Shown piece by piece: positions 1-14,430 of a stretch of DNA of 64,000 nucleotides. Source of the DNA: Eledone cirrhosa (lineage: Eukaryota); NCBI GenBank assembly GCA_964016885.1, contig OZ024744.1:47492001-47556000 (forward strand). The letters run 5' to 3'. Under the pieces are notes generated by a model. It searched no databases. It saw only the letters and a program-made list of their open reading frames with translations, and was not told the origin of the DNA. Every line of letters starts with the position of its first letter. Position 1 is the stretch's first letter. Position numbers and translations under genes: made by a program.

Positions 1-189
1 TGCTTTTTGCTGTGTCTTTCACACGTCAACTTTACAGTGTGGGCTGTGTGATTTTTGCAGTGTCTTTCACACGTCCACTTTACAGTGTGGGCTGGGTGCT
101 TTTTGCTGTGTCTTTAACATGTCCACTTTACAGTGTCGGCTGGGTGATTTTTGTTGTGTCTTTCACAAGTCCACTTTACAGTGTGGGCT

Positions 190-3100
190 GGGTGCTTTTT
201 ACAGTGTCTTTCACATGTCCACTTTACAGTGTGGGCTGTGTTCTTTTTGCTGTGTCTTTCACATGTCCACTTTACAGTGTGGGCTGGGTGCTTTTTGCTG
301 TGTCTTTCACACGTCCACTTTACAGTGTGGGCTGGGTGCTTTTTGCAGTGTCTTTCACACGTCCACTTTACAGTGTGGGCTGGGTGCTTTTTGCTGTGTC
401 TTTCACATGTCCACTTTACAGTGTGGGTTGGGTGCTTTTGCTGTGTCTTTCACTTGTCCATTTTACAGTGTGGGCTGTGTGCTTTTTGCTGTGTCTTTCA
501 CATGTCCACTTTACAATGTGGGCTGGGTGCTTTTTGCTGTGCCTTTCACATGTCCACTTTACAGTGTGGGCTGGGTAGTTGTTGCTGTGTATTTCTCACG
601 TCCATTTTACAGTGTGGGCTGGGTGCTTTTTGCTGTGTCTTTCACACGTCAACTTTACAGTGTGGGCTGGGTGCTTTTTGCTATGTCTTTCACATGTCCA
701 CTTTACAGTGTGGGCTGTGTGCTTTTTGCAGTGTCTTTCACATGTCCACTTTACAGTGTGGGCTGGGTGCTTTTTGCTGTGTCTTTAACATGACCACTTT
801 ACAGTGTCGGCTGGGTGATTTTTGCTGTGTCTTTCACATGTCCACTTTACAGTGTGGGCTGGGTGCTTTTTACAGTGTCTTTCACACGTCCACTTTACAG
901 TGTGGGCTGGGTGCTTTTTGCTGTGTCTTTCACATGTCCACTTTACAGTGTGGGCTGGGTGCTTTTTGCTGTGTCTTTCACATGTCCACTTTACAGTGTG
1001 GGCTGGGTGCTTTTTGCTGTGTCTTTCACATGTCCACTTTATAGTGTGGGCTGGGTGCTTTTTTCAGTGTCTTTCACACGTCCACCTTACAGTGTGGGCT
1101 GGGTGCTTTTTGCTGTGCCTTTCACATGTCCACTTTACAGTGTGGGCTGGGTAGTTGTTGCTGTGTCTTTCTCACGTCCATTTTACAGTGTGGGCTGGGT
1201 GCTTTTTGCTGTGTCTTTCACATGTCCACTTTACAGTGTGGGCTGGGTGCTTTTTGCTGTGTCTTTCACACGTCCACTTTACAGTATGGGCTGGGTGCTT
1301 TTTGCTGTGTCTTTCACATGTCCAGTTTACAGTGTGGGCTGGGTGCCTTTTGCAGTGTCTTTCACATGTCCACTTTACAGTGTGGGCTGGGTGCTTTTTG
1401 CTGTGTCTTTCACACGTCCACTTTACAGTGTGGGGTGGGTGCTTTTTGCGGTGTCTTTCACACGTCCACTTTACAGTGTGGGCTGGGTGCTTTTTGCTGT
1501 GTCTTTCACACGTCCACTTTACAGTGTGGGCTGGCTGCTTTTTGCTGTGTCTTTCACACGTCCACTTTACAGTGTGGGGTGGGTGCTTTTTGCTCTGTCT
1601 TTCACATATCCACTTTACAGTGTGGATTGGGTGCTTTTTGCAGTGTCTTTCACACGTCCACGTTACAGTGTGGGCTGGGTGCTTTTTGCCGTGTCTTTCA
1701 CATGTCCACTTTATAGTGTGGGCTGGGTGCTTTTTGCTGTGTCTTTCACACGTCCACTTTACAGTGTGGGCTGGGTGCTTTTTGCTGTGTCTTTCACACG
1801 TCCACTTTACAGTGTGGGCTGCGTGCTTTTTGCTGTGTCTTTCACATGTCCACTTTACAGTGCGGGCTGGGTGCTTTTTGCTGTGGCTTTCACATATCCA
1901 CTTTACAGTGTGGGCTGGGTGCTTTTTGCTGTGTCTTTCACACGTCCACTTTACAGTATGGGCTGGGTGCTTTTTGCTGTGTCTTTCACACGTCCACTTT
2001 ACAGTGTGGGATGGGTGCTTTTTGCTGTGTCTTTCACATGTCCACTTTAGAGTGTGGGCTGGGTGCTTTTTGCAGTGTCTTTCACACGTCCACTTTACAG
2101 TGTGGGCTGGGTGCTTTTTGCTGTGTCTTTCACATGTCCACTTTACAGTGTGGGCTAGGTGCTTTTTGTTGTGTCTTTCATTTGTCCACTTTACAGTGTG
2201 GGCTGGGTGCTTTTTGCTGTGTCTTTCACACGTCCACTTTACAGTGTGGGCTGTGTGCTTTTTGCCGTGTCTTTCACACGTCCACTTTACAGTGTGGGGT
2301 GGGTGCTTTTTGCTGTGTCTTTCACACGTCCACTTTACAGTGTGGGCTGGGTGCTTTTTGCTGTGTCTTTTACACGTCCACTTTACAGTATGGGCTGGGT
2401 GCTTTTTGCTGTGTCTTTCACACGTCCACATTACAGTGTGGGCTGGGTGCTTTTTGCTTTGTCTTTCACACGTCCACTTTACAGTGTGGGGTGGGTGCTT
2501 TTTGCTGTATCTTTCACATATCCACTTTACAGTGTGGGTTGGGTGCTTTTTGCAGCGTCTTTCAAACGTCCACTTTACAGTGTGGCTGGGTGCTTTTTGC
2601 TGTGTCTTTCACATGTCCACTTTATAGTGTGGGCTGGGTGCTTTTTGCAGTGTCTTTCACACGTCCACTTTACAGTGTGGGCTGGGTGCTTTTTACTGTG
2701 TCTTTCACATGTCCACTTTACAGTGTGGGCTGGGTGCTTTTTGCTGTGTCTTGCACACGTCCACTTTACAGTGTGGGCTGGGTGCTTTTTGCAGTGTCTA
2801 TCACACGTCCACTTTAGAGTGTGGGCTGCGTGCTTTTTGCTGTGTCTTTCACATGTCCACATTACAATGTGGGCTGGGTGCTTTTTGCTGTGCCTTTCAC
2901 ATGTCCACTTTACAGTGTGGGCTGGGTGGTTGTTGCTGTGTCTTTCTCACGTCCACTTTACAGTGTGGGCTGGGTGCTTTTTGCTGTGTCTTTCACACGT
3001 CAACTTTACAGTGTGGGCTGTGTGCTTTTTGCAGTGACTTTCACACGTCCACTTTACAGTGTGGGCTGGGTGCTTTTTGCTGTGTCTTTAACATGTCCAC

Positions 3101-6100
3101 TTTACAGTGTCGGCTGGGTGATTTTTGTTGTGTCTTTCACATGTCCACTTTACAGTGTGGGCTGGGTGCTTTTTACAGTGTCTTTCACATGTCCACTTTA
3201 CAGTGTGGGCTGTGTTCTTTTTGCTGTGTCTTTCACATGTCCACTTTACAGTGTGGGCTGGGTGCTTTTTGCTGTGTCTTTCACACGTCCACTTTACAGT
3301 GTGGGCTGGGTGCTTTTTGCAGTGTCTTTCACACGTCCACTTTACAGTGTGGGCTGGGTGCTTTTTGCTGTGTCTTTCACATGTCCACTTTACAGTGTGG
3401 GTTGGGTGCTTTTGCTGTGTCTTTCACTTGTCCATTTTTCAGTGTGGGCTGTGTGCTTTTTGCTGTGTCTTTCACATGTCCACTTTACAATGTGGGCTGG
3501 GTGCTTTTTGCTGTGCCTTTCACATGTCCACTTTACAGTGTGGGCTGTGTGCTTGTTGCTGTGTATTTCTCACGTCCACTTTACAGTGTGGGCTGGGTGC
3601 TTTTTGCTGTGTCTTTCACACGTCAACTTTACAGTGTGGGCTGGGTGCTTTTTGCTATGTCTTTCACATGTCCACTTTACAGTGTGGGCTGTGTGCTTTT
3701 TGCAGTGTCTTTCACACGTCCACTTTACAGTGTGGGATGGGTGGTTTTTGCTGTGTCTTTCACATGTCCACTTTACAATGTGGGCTGGGTGATTTTTGCT
3801 GTGTCTTTCACATGTCCACTTTACAGTGTGGGCTGGGTGCTTTTTACAGTGTCTTTCACACGTCCACTTTACAGTGTGGGCTGGGTGCTTTTTGCTGTGT
3901 CTTTCACATGTCCACTTTAGAGTGTGGGCTGGGTGCTTTTTGCAGTGTCTTTCACACGTCCACTTTACAGTGTGGGCTGGGTGCTTTTTGCTGTGTCTTT
4001 CACATGTCCACTTTACAGTGTGGGCTGGGTGCTTTTTACAGTGTCTTTCACACGTCCACTTTACAGTGTGGGCTGGGTGCTTTTTGCAGTGTCTATCACA
4101 CGTCCACTTTAGAGTGTGGGCTGCGTGCTTTTTGCTGTGTCTTTCACATGTCCACATTACAATGTGGGCTGGGTGCTTTTTGCTGTGCCTTTCACATGTC
4201 CACTTTACAGTGTGGGCTGGGTGGTTGTTGCTGTGTCTTTCTCACGTCCACTTTACAGTGTGGGCTAGGTGCTTTTTGCTGTGTCTTTCAAACGTCAACT
4301 TTACAGTGTGGGCTGTGTGCTTTTTGCAGTGTCTTCCACACGTCCACTTTACAGTGTGGGCTGGGTGCTTTTTGCTGTGTCTTTAACATGTCCACTTTAC
4401 AGTGTCGGCTGGGTGATTTTTGTTGTGTCTTTCACATGTCCACTTTACAGTGTGGGCTGGGTGCTTTTTACAGTGTCTTTCACATGTCCACTTTACAGTG
4501 TGGGCTGTGTTCTTTTTGCTGTGTCTTTCACATGTCCACTTTACAGTGTGGGCTGGGTGCTTTTTGCTTTGTCTTTCACACGTCCACTTTACAGTGTGGG
4601 CTGGGTGCTTTTTGCAGTGTCTTTCACACGTCCACTTTACAGTGTGGGCTGGGTGCTTTTTGCTGTGTCTTTCACATGTCCACTTTACAGTGTGGGTTGC
4701 GTGCTTTTGCTGTGTCTTTCACTTGTCCATTTTACAGTGTGGGCTGTGTGCTTTTTGCTGTGTCTTTCACATGTCCACTTTACAATGTGGGCTGGGTGCT
4801 TTTTGCTGTGCCTTTCACATGTCCACTTTACAGTGTGGGCTGGGTAGTTGTTGCTGTGTCTTTCTCACGTCCACTTTACAGTGTGGGCTGGGTGCTTTTT
4901 GCTGTGTCTTTCACACGTCAACTTTACAGTGTGGGCTGGGTGCTTTTTGCTATGTCTTTCACATGTCCACTTTACAGTGTGGGCTGTGTGCTTTTTGCAG
5001 TGTCTTTCACACGTCCACTTTACAGTGTGGGATGGGTGCTTTTTGCTGTGTCTTTAACATGTCCACTTTACAATGTGGGCTGGGTGATTTTTGCTGTGTC
5101 TTTCACATGTCCACTTTACAGTGTGGGCTGGGTGCTTTTTACAGTGTCTTTCACACGTCCACTTTACAGTGTGGGCTGGGTGCTTTTTGTTGTGTCTTTC
5201 ACATGTCCACTTTAGAGTGTGGGCTGGGTGCTTTTTGCAGTGTCTTTCACACGTCCACTTTACAGTGTGGGCTGGGTGCTTTTTGCTGTGTCTTTCACAT
5301 GTCCACTTTACAGTGTGGGCTAGGTGCTTTTTGCTGTGTCTTTCATTTGTCCACTTTACAGTGTGGGCTGTGTGCTTTTTGCTGTGTCTTTCACATGTCC
5401 ACTTTACAATGTGGGCTGTGTGCTTTTTGCTGTGCCTTTCACATGTCCACTTTACAGTGTGGGCTGGGTGGTTGTTGCTGTGTCTTTCTCATGTCCGCTT
5501 TACAGTGTGGGCTGGGTGCTTTTTGCTGTGTCTTTCACACGTCCACTTTACAGTGTGGGCTGCGTGCTTTTTGCTGTGTCTTTCACATGTCCACTTTACA
5601 GTGTGGGCTGGGTGCTTTTTGCAGTGTCTTTCACACGTCCACTTTACAGTGTGGGCTGCGTGCTTTTTGCTGTGTCTTTCACATGTCCACTTTACAGTGC
5701 GGGCTGGGTGCTTTTTGCTGTGTCTTTCACATGTCCACTTTACAGTGTGGGCTGGGTGCTTTTTGCTGTGTCTTTCACACGTCCACTTTACAGTATGGGC
5801 TGGGTGCTTTTTGCTGTGTCTTTCGCACGTCCACTTTACAGTGTGGGCTTGGTGCTTTTTGCTGTGTCTTTCACATGTCCACTTTACAATGTGGGCTGGG
5901 TGCTTTTTGCTGTGTCTTTCACATGTCCACTTTACAGTGTGGGCTGGGTGCTTGTTGCTGTGTCTTTCTCACGTCCACTTTACAGTGTGGGCTGGGTGCT
6001 TTTTGCTGAGTCTTTCACATGTCCACTTTACAGTGAGGGCTGGGTGGTTGTTGCTGTGTCTTTCTCACGTCCACTTTACAGTGTGGGCTGGGTGCTTTTT

Positions 6101-9100
6101 GCTGTGTCTTTCACACGTCCACTTTACAGTTTGGGCTGCGTGCTTTTTGCTGTGTCTTTCACATGTCCACTTTAGAGTGTGGGCTGGGTGCTTTTTGCAG
6201 TGTCTTTCACATGTCCACTTTACAATGTGGGCTGGGTGCTTTTTGCTCTGTCTTTCACATATCCACTTTACAGTGTGGATTGGGTGCTTTTTGCAGTGTC
6301 TTTCACACGTCCACCTTAGAGTGTGGGCTGCGTGCTTTTTGCTGTGTCTTTCACATGTCCACTTTACAATGTGGGCTGGGTGCTTTTTGCTGTGCCTTTC
6401 ACATGTCCACTTTTCAGTGTGGGCTGGGTGGTTGTTGCTGTGTCTTGCTCACGTCCACTCTACAGTGTGGGCTGGGTGCTTTTTGCTGTGTCTTTCACAC
6501 GTCAACTTTACAGTGTGGGCTGTGTGCTTTTTGCAGAGTCTTTCACACGTCCACTTTACAGTGTGGGCTGGGTGCTTTTTGCTGTGTCTTTAACATGTCC
6601 ACTTTGCAGTGTCGGCTGGGTCATTTTTTTTGTGTGTTTCACATGTCCACTTTACAGTGTGGGCTGGGTGCTTTTTACAGTGTCTTTCACATGTCCACTT
6701 TACAGTGTGGGCTGTGTTCTTTTTGCTGTGTCTTTCACATGTCCACTTTACAGTGTGGGCTGGGTGCTTTTTGCTGTGTCTTTCACACGTCCACTTTACA
6801 GTGTGGGCTGGGTGCTTTTGCAGTGTCTTTCACACGTCCACTTTACAGTGTGGGCTGGGTGCTTTTTGCTGTGTCTTTCACATGTCCACTTTACAGTGTG
6901 GGTTGGGTGCTTTTGCTGTGTCTTTCACTTGTCCATTTTACAGTGTGGGCTGTGTGCATTTTGCTGTGTCTTTCACATGTCCACTTTACAATGTGGGCTG
7001 TGTGCTTTTTGCTATGCCTTTCACATGTCCACTTTACAGTGTGGGCTGGGTGGTTGTTGCTGTGTCTTTCTCACGTCCACTTTACAGTGTGGGCTGGGTG
7101 CTTTTTGCTGTGTCTTTCGCACCTCAACTTTACAGTGTGGGCTGGGTGCTTTTTGCAGTGTCTTTCACATGTCCACTTTACAGTGTGGGCTGGGTGCTTT
7201 TTGCTGTGTCTTTAACATGTCCACTTTACAGTGTCGGCTGGGTGATTTTTGCTGTGTCTTTCACATGTCCACTTTACAGTGTGGGCTGGGTGCTTTTTAC
7301 AGTGTCTTTCACGCGTCCACTTTACAGTGTGGGCTGGGTGCTTTTTGCTGTGTCTTTCACATGTCCACTTTACAGTGTGGGCTGGGTGCTTTTTACAGTG
7401 TCTTTCACATGTCCACTTTACAGTGTGGGCTGTGTTCTTTTTGCTGTGTCTTTCACATGTCCACTTTACAGTGTGGGCTGGGTGCTTTTTGCTGTGTCTT
7501 TCACACGTCCACTTTACAGTGTGGGCTGGGTGCTTTTTGCAGTGTCTTTCACACGTCCACTTTACAGTGTGGGCTGGGTGCTTTTTGCTGTGTCTTTCAC
7601 ATGTCCACTTTACAGTGTGTGTTGGGTGCTTTTGCTGTGTCTTTCACTTGTCCATTTTACAGTGTGGGCTGTGTGCTTTTTGCTGTGTCTTTCACATGTC
7701 CACTTTACAATGTGGGCTGGGTAGTTGTTGCTGTGTCTTTCTCACGTCCATTTTACAGTGTGGGCTGGGTGCTTTTTGCTGTGTCTTTCACACGTCAACT
7801 TTACAGTGTGGGCTGGGTGCTTTTTGCTATGTCTTTCACATGTCCACTTTACAGTGTGGGCTGTGTGCTTTTTGCAGTGTCTTTCACATGTCCACTTTAC
7901 AGTGTGGGCTGGGTGCTTTTTGCTGTGTCTTTAACATGACCACTTTACAGTGTCGGCTGGGTGATTTTTGCTGTGTCTTTCACATGTCCACTTTACAGTG
8001 TGGGCTGGGTGCTTTTTACAGTGTCTTTCACACGTCCACTTTACAGTGTGGGCTGGGTGCTTTTTGCTGTGTCTTTCACATGTCCACTTTACAGTGTGGG
8101 CTGGGTGCTTTTTGCTGTGTCTTTCACATGTCCACTTTACAGTGTGGGCTGGGTGCTTTTTGCTGTGTCTTTCACATGTCCACTTTATAGTGTGGGCTGG
8201 GTGCTTTTTTCAGTGTCTTTCACACGTCCACCTTACAGTGTGGGCTGGGTGCTTTTTGCTGTGTCTTTCACATGTCCACTTTACAGTGTGGGCTGGGTGC
8301 TTTTTGCTGTGTCTTTCACACGTCCACTTTACAGTATGGGCTGGGTGCTTTTTGCTGTGTCTTTCACATGTCCAGTTTACAGTGTGGGCTGGGTGCCTTT
8401 TGCAGTGTCTTTCACATGTCCACTTTACAGTGTGGGCTGGGTGCTTTTTGCTGTGTCTTTCACACGTCCACTTTACAGTGTGGGGTGGGTGCTTTTTGCG
8501 GTGTCTTTCACACGTCCACTTTACAGTGTGGGCTGGGTGCTTTTTGCTGTGTCTTTCACACGTCCACTTTACAGTGTGGGCTGGCTGCTTTTTGCTGTGT
8601 CTTTCACACGTCCACTTTACAGTGTGGGGTGGGTGCTTTTTGCTCTGTCTTTCACATATCCACTTTACAGTGTGGATTGGGTGCTTTTTGCAGTGTCTTT
8701 CACACGTCCACGTTACAGTGTGGGCTGGGTGCTTTTTGCCGTGTCTTTCACATGTCCACTTTATAGTGTGGGCTGGGTGCTTTTTGCAGTGTCTTTCATA
8801 CGTCCACTTTACAGTGTGGGCTGGGTGCTTTTTGCTGTGTCTTTCACATGTCCACTTTACAGTGTGGGCTGGGTGCTTTTTGCTGTGTCTTTCACACGTC
8901 CACTTTACAGTGTGGGCTGGGTGCTTTTTGCTGTGTCTTTCACACGTCCACTTTACAGTGTGGGCTGCGTGCTTTTTGCTGTGTCTTTCACATGTCCACT
9001 TTACAGTGCGGGCTGGGTGCTTTTTGCTGTGGCTTTCACATATCCACTTTACAGTGTGGGCTGGGTGCTTTTTGCTGTGTCTTTCACACGTCCACTTTAC

Positions 9101-12100
9101 AGTATGGGCTGGGTGCTTTTTGCTGTGTCTTTCACACGTCCACTTTACAGTGTGGGATGGGTGCTTTTTGCTGTGTCTTTCACATGTCCACTTTACAATG
9201 TGGGCTGGGTGCTTTTTGCTGTGTCTTTCACATCTCCACTTTACAGTGTGGGCTGGGTGCTTTTTTCAGTGTCTTTCTCACGTCCACTTTACAGTGTGGG
9301 CTGGGTGCTTTTTGCTGTGTCTTTCACATGTCCACTTTAGAGTGTGGGCTGGGTGCTTTTTGCAGTGTCTTTCACACGTCCACTTTACAGTGTGGGCTGG
9401 GTGCTTTTTGCTGTGTCTTTCACATGTCCACTTTACAGTGTGGGCTAGGTGCTTTTTGTTGTGTCTTTCATTTGTCCACTTTACAGTGTGGGCTGGGTGC
9501 TTTTTGCTGTGTCTTTCACACGTCCACTTTACAGTGTGGGCTGTGTGCTTTTTGCCGTGTCTTTCACACGTCCACTTTACAGTGTGGGGTGGGTGCTTTT
9601 TGCTGTGTCTTTCACACGTCCACTTTACAGTGTGGGCTGGGTGCTTTTTGCTGTGTCTTTTACACGTCCACTTTACAGTATGGGCTGGGTGCTTTTTGCT
9701 GTGTCTTTCACACGTCCACATTACAGTGTGGGCTGGGTGCTTTTTGCTTTGTCTTTCACACGTCCACTTTACAGTGTGGGGTGGGTGCTTTTTGCTGTAT
9801 CTTTCACATATCCACTTTACAGTGTGGGTTGGGTGCTTTTTGCAGCGTCTTTCAAACGTCCACTTTACAGTGTGGCTGGGTGCTTTTTGCTGTGTCTTTC
9901 ACATGTCCACTTTATAGTGTGGGCTGGGTGCTTTTTGCAGTGTCTTTCACACGTCCACTTTACAGTGTGGGCTGGGTGCTTTTTGCTGTGTCTTTCACAT
10001 GTCCACTTTACAGTGTGGGCTGGGTGCTTTTTGCTGTGTCTTGCACACGTCCACTTTACAGTGTGGGCTGGGTGCTTTTTGCAGTGTCTATCACACGTCC
10101 ACTTTAGAGTGTGGGCTGCGTGCTTTTTGCTGTGTTTTTCACATGTCCACATTACAATGTGGGCTGGGTGCTTTTTGCTGTGCCTTTCACATGTCCACTT
10201 TACAGTGTGGGCTGGGTGGTTGTTGCTGTGTCTTTCTCACGTCCACTTTACAGTGTGGGCTGGGTGCTTTTTGCTGTGTCTTTCACACGTCAACTTTACA
10301 GTGTGGGCTGTGTGCTTTTTGCAGTGACTTTCACACGTCCACTTTACAGTGTGGGCTGGGTGCTTTTTGCTGTGTCTTTAACATGTCCACTTTACAGTGT
10401 CGGCTGGGTGATTTTTGTTGTGTCTTTCACATGTCCACTTTACAGTGTGGGCTGGGTTCTTTTTACAGTGTCTTTCACCTGTCCACTTTACAGTGTGGGC
10501 TGTGTTCTTTTTGCTGTGTCTTTCACATGTCCACTTTACAGTGTGGGCTGGGTGCTTTTTGCTGTGTCTTTCACACGTCCACTTTACAGTGTGGGATGGG
10601 TGCTTTTTGCAGTGTCTTTCACACGTCCACTTTACAGTGTGGGCTGGGTGCTTTTTGCTGTGTCTTTCACATGTCCACTTTACAATGTGGGCTGGGTGCT
10701 TTTTGCTGTGCCTTTCACATGTCCACTTTACAGTGTGGGCTGGGTAGTTGTTGCTGTGTCTTTCTCACGTCCACTTTACAGTGTGGGCTGGGTGCTTTTT
10801 GCTGTGTCTTTCACACGTCAACTTTACAGTGTGGGCTGGGTGCTTTTTGCTATGTCTTTCACATGTCCACTTTACAGTGTGGGCTGTGTGCTTTTTGCAG
10901 TGTCTTTCACACGTCCACTTTACAGTGTGGGATGGGTGATTTTTGCTGTGTCTTTCACATGTCCACTTTACAATGTGGGCTGGGTGATTTTTGCTGTGTC
11001 TTTCACATGTCCACTTTACAGTGTGGGCTGGGTGCTTTTTACAGTGTCTTTCACACGTCCACTTTACAGTGTGGGCTGGGTGCTTTTTGCTTTGTCTTTC
11101 ACATGTCCACTTTAGAGTGTGGGCTGGGTGCTTTTTGCAGTGTCTTTCACACGTCTACTTTACAGTGTGGGCTGGGTGCTTTTTGCTGTGTCTTTCACAT
11201 GTCCACTTTACAGTGTGGGCTGGGTGCTTTTTAAAGTGTCTTTCACACGTCCACTTTACAGTGTGGGCTGGGTGCTTTTTGCAGTGTCTATCACACGTCC
11301 ACTTTAGAGTGTGGGCTGCGTGCTTTTTGCTGTGTCTTTCACATGTCCACATTACAATGTGGGCTGGGTGCTTTTTGCTGTGCCTTTCACATGTCCACTT
11401 TACAGTGTGGGCTGGGTGGTTGTTGCTGTGTCTTTCTCACGTCCACTTTACAGTGTGGGCTAGGTGCTTTTTGCTGTGTCTTTCACACGTCAACTTTACA
11501 GTGTGGGCTGTGTGCTTTTTGCAGTGTCTTCCACACGTCCACTTTACAGTGTGGGCTGGGTGCTTTTTGCTGTGTCTTTAACATGTCCACTTTACAGTGT
11601 CGGCTGGGTGATTTTTGTTGTGTCTTTCACATGTCCACTTTACAGTGTGGGCTGGGTGCTTTTTACAGTGTCTTTCACATGTCCACTTTACAGTGTGGGC
11701 TGTGTTCTTTTTGCTGTGTCCTTCACATGTCCACTTTACAGTGTGGGCTGGGTGCTTTTTGCTTTGTCTTTCACACGTCCACTTTACAGTGTGGGCTGGG
11801 TGCTTTTTGCAGTGTCTTTCACACGTCCACTTTACAGTGTGGGCTGGGTGCTTTTTGCTGTGTCTTTCACATGTCCACTTTACAGTGTGGGTTGGGTGCT
11901 TTTGCTGTGTCTTTCACTTGTCCATTTTACAGTGTGGGCTGTGTGCTTTTTGCTGTGTCTTTCACATGTCCACTTTACAATGTGGGCTGGGTGCTTTTTG
12001 CTGTGCCTTTCACATGTCCACTTTACAGTGTGGGCTGGGTAGTTGTTGCTGTGTCTTTCTCACGTCCACTTTACAGTGTGGGCTGGGTGCTTTTTGCTGT

Positions 12101-14430
12101 GTCTTTCACACGTCAACTTTACAGTGTGGGCTGGGTGCTTTTTGCTATGTCTTTCACATGTCCACTTTACAGTGTGGGCTGTGTGCTTTTTGCAGTGTCT
12201 TTCACACGTCCACTTTACAGTGTGGGATGGGTGCTTTTTGCTGTGTCTTTCACATGTCCACTTTACAATGTGGGCTGGGTGATTTTTGCTGTGTCTTTCA
12301 CATGTCCACTTTACAGTGTGGGCTGGGTGCTTTTTACAGTGTCTTTCACACGTCCACTTTACAGTGTGGGCTGGGTGCTTTTTGTTGTGTCTTTCACATG
12401 TCCACTTTAGAGTGTGGGCTGGGTGCTTTTTGCAGTGTCTTTCACACGTCCACTTTACAGTGTGGGCTGGGTGCTTTTTGCTGTGTCTTTCACATGTCCA
12501 CTTTACAGTGTGGGCTAGGTGCTTTTTGCTGTGTCTTTCATTTGTCCACTTTACAGTGTGGGCTGTGTGCTTTTTGCTGTGTCTTTCACATGTCCACTTT
12601 ACAATGTGGGCTGTGTGCTTTTTGCTGTGCCTTTCACATGTCCACTTTACAGTGTGGGCTGGGTGGTTGTTGCTATGTCTTTCTCATGTCCGCTTTACAG
12701 TGTGGGCTGGGTGCTTTTTGCTGTGTCTTTCACACGTCCACTTTACAGTGTGGGCTGCGTGCTTTTTGCTGTGTCTTTCACATGTCCACTTTACAGTGTG
12801 GGCTGGGTGCTTTTTGCAGTGTCTTTCACACGTCCACTTTACAGTGTGGGCTGCGTGCTTTTTGCTGTGTCTTTCACATGTCCACTTTACAGTGCGGGCT
12901 GGGTGCTTTTTGCTGTGTCTTTCACATGTCCACTTTACAGTGTGGGCTGGGTGCTTTTTGCTGTGTCTTTCACACGTCCACTTTACAGTATGGGCTGGGT
13001 GCTTTTTGCTGTGTCTTTCGCACGTCCACTTTACAGTGTGGGCTTGGTGCTTTTTGCTGTGTCTTTCACATGTCCACTTTACAATGTGGGCTGGGTGCTT
13101 TTTGCTGTGTCTTTCAGATGTCCACTTTACAGTGTGGGCTGTGTGCTTGTTGCTGTGTCTTTCTCACGTCCACTTTACAGTGTGGGCTGGGTGCTTTTTG
13201 CTGAGTCTTTCACATGTCCACTTTACAGTGAGGGCTGGGTGGTTGTTGCTGTGTCTTTCTCACGTCCACTTTACAGTGTGGGCTGGGTGCTTTTTGCTGT
13301 GTCTTTCACACGTCCACTTTACAGTTTGGGCTGCGTGCTTTTTGCTGTGTCTTTCACATGTCCACTTTAGAGTGTGGGCTGGGTGCTTTTTGCAGTGTCT
13401 TTCACATGTCCACTTTACAATGTGGGCTGGGTGCTTTTTGCTCTGTCTTTCACATATCCACTTTACAGTGTGGATTGGGTGCTTTTTGCAGTGTCTTTCA
13501 CACGTCCACCTTAGAGTGTGGGCTGCGTGCTTTTTGCTGTGTCTTTCACATGTCCACTTTACAGTGTGGGCTGGGTGGTTGTTGCTGTGTCTTGCTCACG
13601 TCCACTTTACAGTGTGGGCTGGGTACTTTTTGCTGTGTCTTTCACACGTCAACTTTACAGTGTGGGCTGTGTGCTTTTTGCAGAGTCTTTCACACGTCCA
13701 CTTTACAGTGTGGGCTGGGTGCTTTTTGCTGTGTCTTTAACATGTCCACTTTACAGTGTGGGCTGTGTTCTTTTTGCTGTGTCTTTCACATGTCCACTTT
13801 ACAGTGTGGGCTGGGTGCTTTTTGCTGTGTCTTTCACACGTCCACTTTACAGTGTGGGCTGGGTGCTTTTTGCAGTGTCTTTCACACGTCCACTTTACAG
13901 TGTGGGCTGGGTGCTTTTTGCTGTGTCTTTCACATGTCCACTTTACAGTGTGGGTTGGGTGCTTTTGCTGTGTCTTTCACTTGTCCATTTTACAGTGTGG
14001 GCTGTGTGCATTTTGCTGTGTCTTTCACATGTCCACTTTACAATGTGGGCTGTGTGCTTTTTGCTATGCCTTTCACATGTCCACTTTACAGTGTGGGCTG
14101 GGTGGTTGTTGCTGTGTCTTTCTCACGTCCACTTTACAGTGTGGGCTGGGTGCTTTTTGCTGTGTCTTTCGCACCTCAACTTTACAGTGTGGGCTGGGTG
14201 CTTTTTGCAGTGTCTTTCACATGTCCACTTTACAGTGTGGGCTGGGTGCTTTTTGCTGTGTCTTTAACATGTCCACTTTACAGTGTCGGCTGGGTGATTT
14301 TTGCTGTGTCTTTCACATGTCCACTTTACAGTGTGGGCTGGGTGCTTTTTACAGTGTCTTTCACGCGTCCACTTTACAGTGTGGGCTGGGTGCTTTTTGC
14401 TGTGTCTTTCACATGTCCACTTTACAGTGT
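190..14430 (+). repeat. ~7.1-7.3 kb (~150-monomer) higher-order tandem duplication: copy 1 ~190-7380, copy 2 ~7385-14430
   Basis: Private variants recur in the same order: ATGACCAC (~790/~7936, offset 7146); GCAGCGTCTTTCAAACG plus the 1-bp deletion TGTGGCTGGG (~2552-2590/~9842-9880, offset 7290); CAGTGAGGG (~6031/~13226, offset 7195); CACGCGTCC (~7310/~14362). Paired ORFs 579/7725, 2159/9449, 4420/11615 and 5324/12519 give the same offsets. Confidence 0.9.
2770..5330 (+). repeat. 27-monomer (1,295 bp) tandem duplication nested in the 7.2-kb unit
   Basis: The GTCTATCAC...TTTAGAG...CCACATTACAAT cassette occurs at ~2796 and ~4091. ORFs 3125 and 4420 are offset by 1295 = 27x48-1. The equivalent pair in copy 2 (10415/11615) is offset by 1200 = 25x48. 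Confidence 0.8.
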
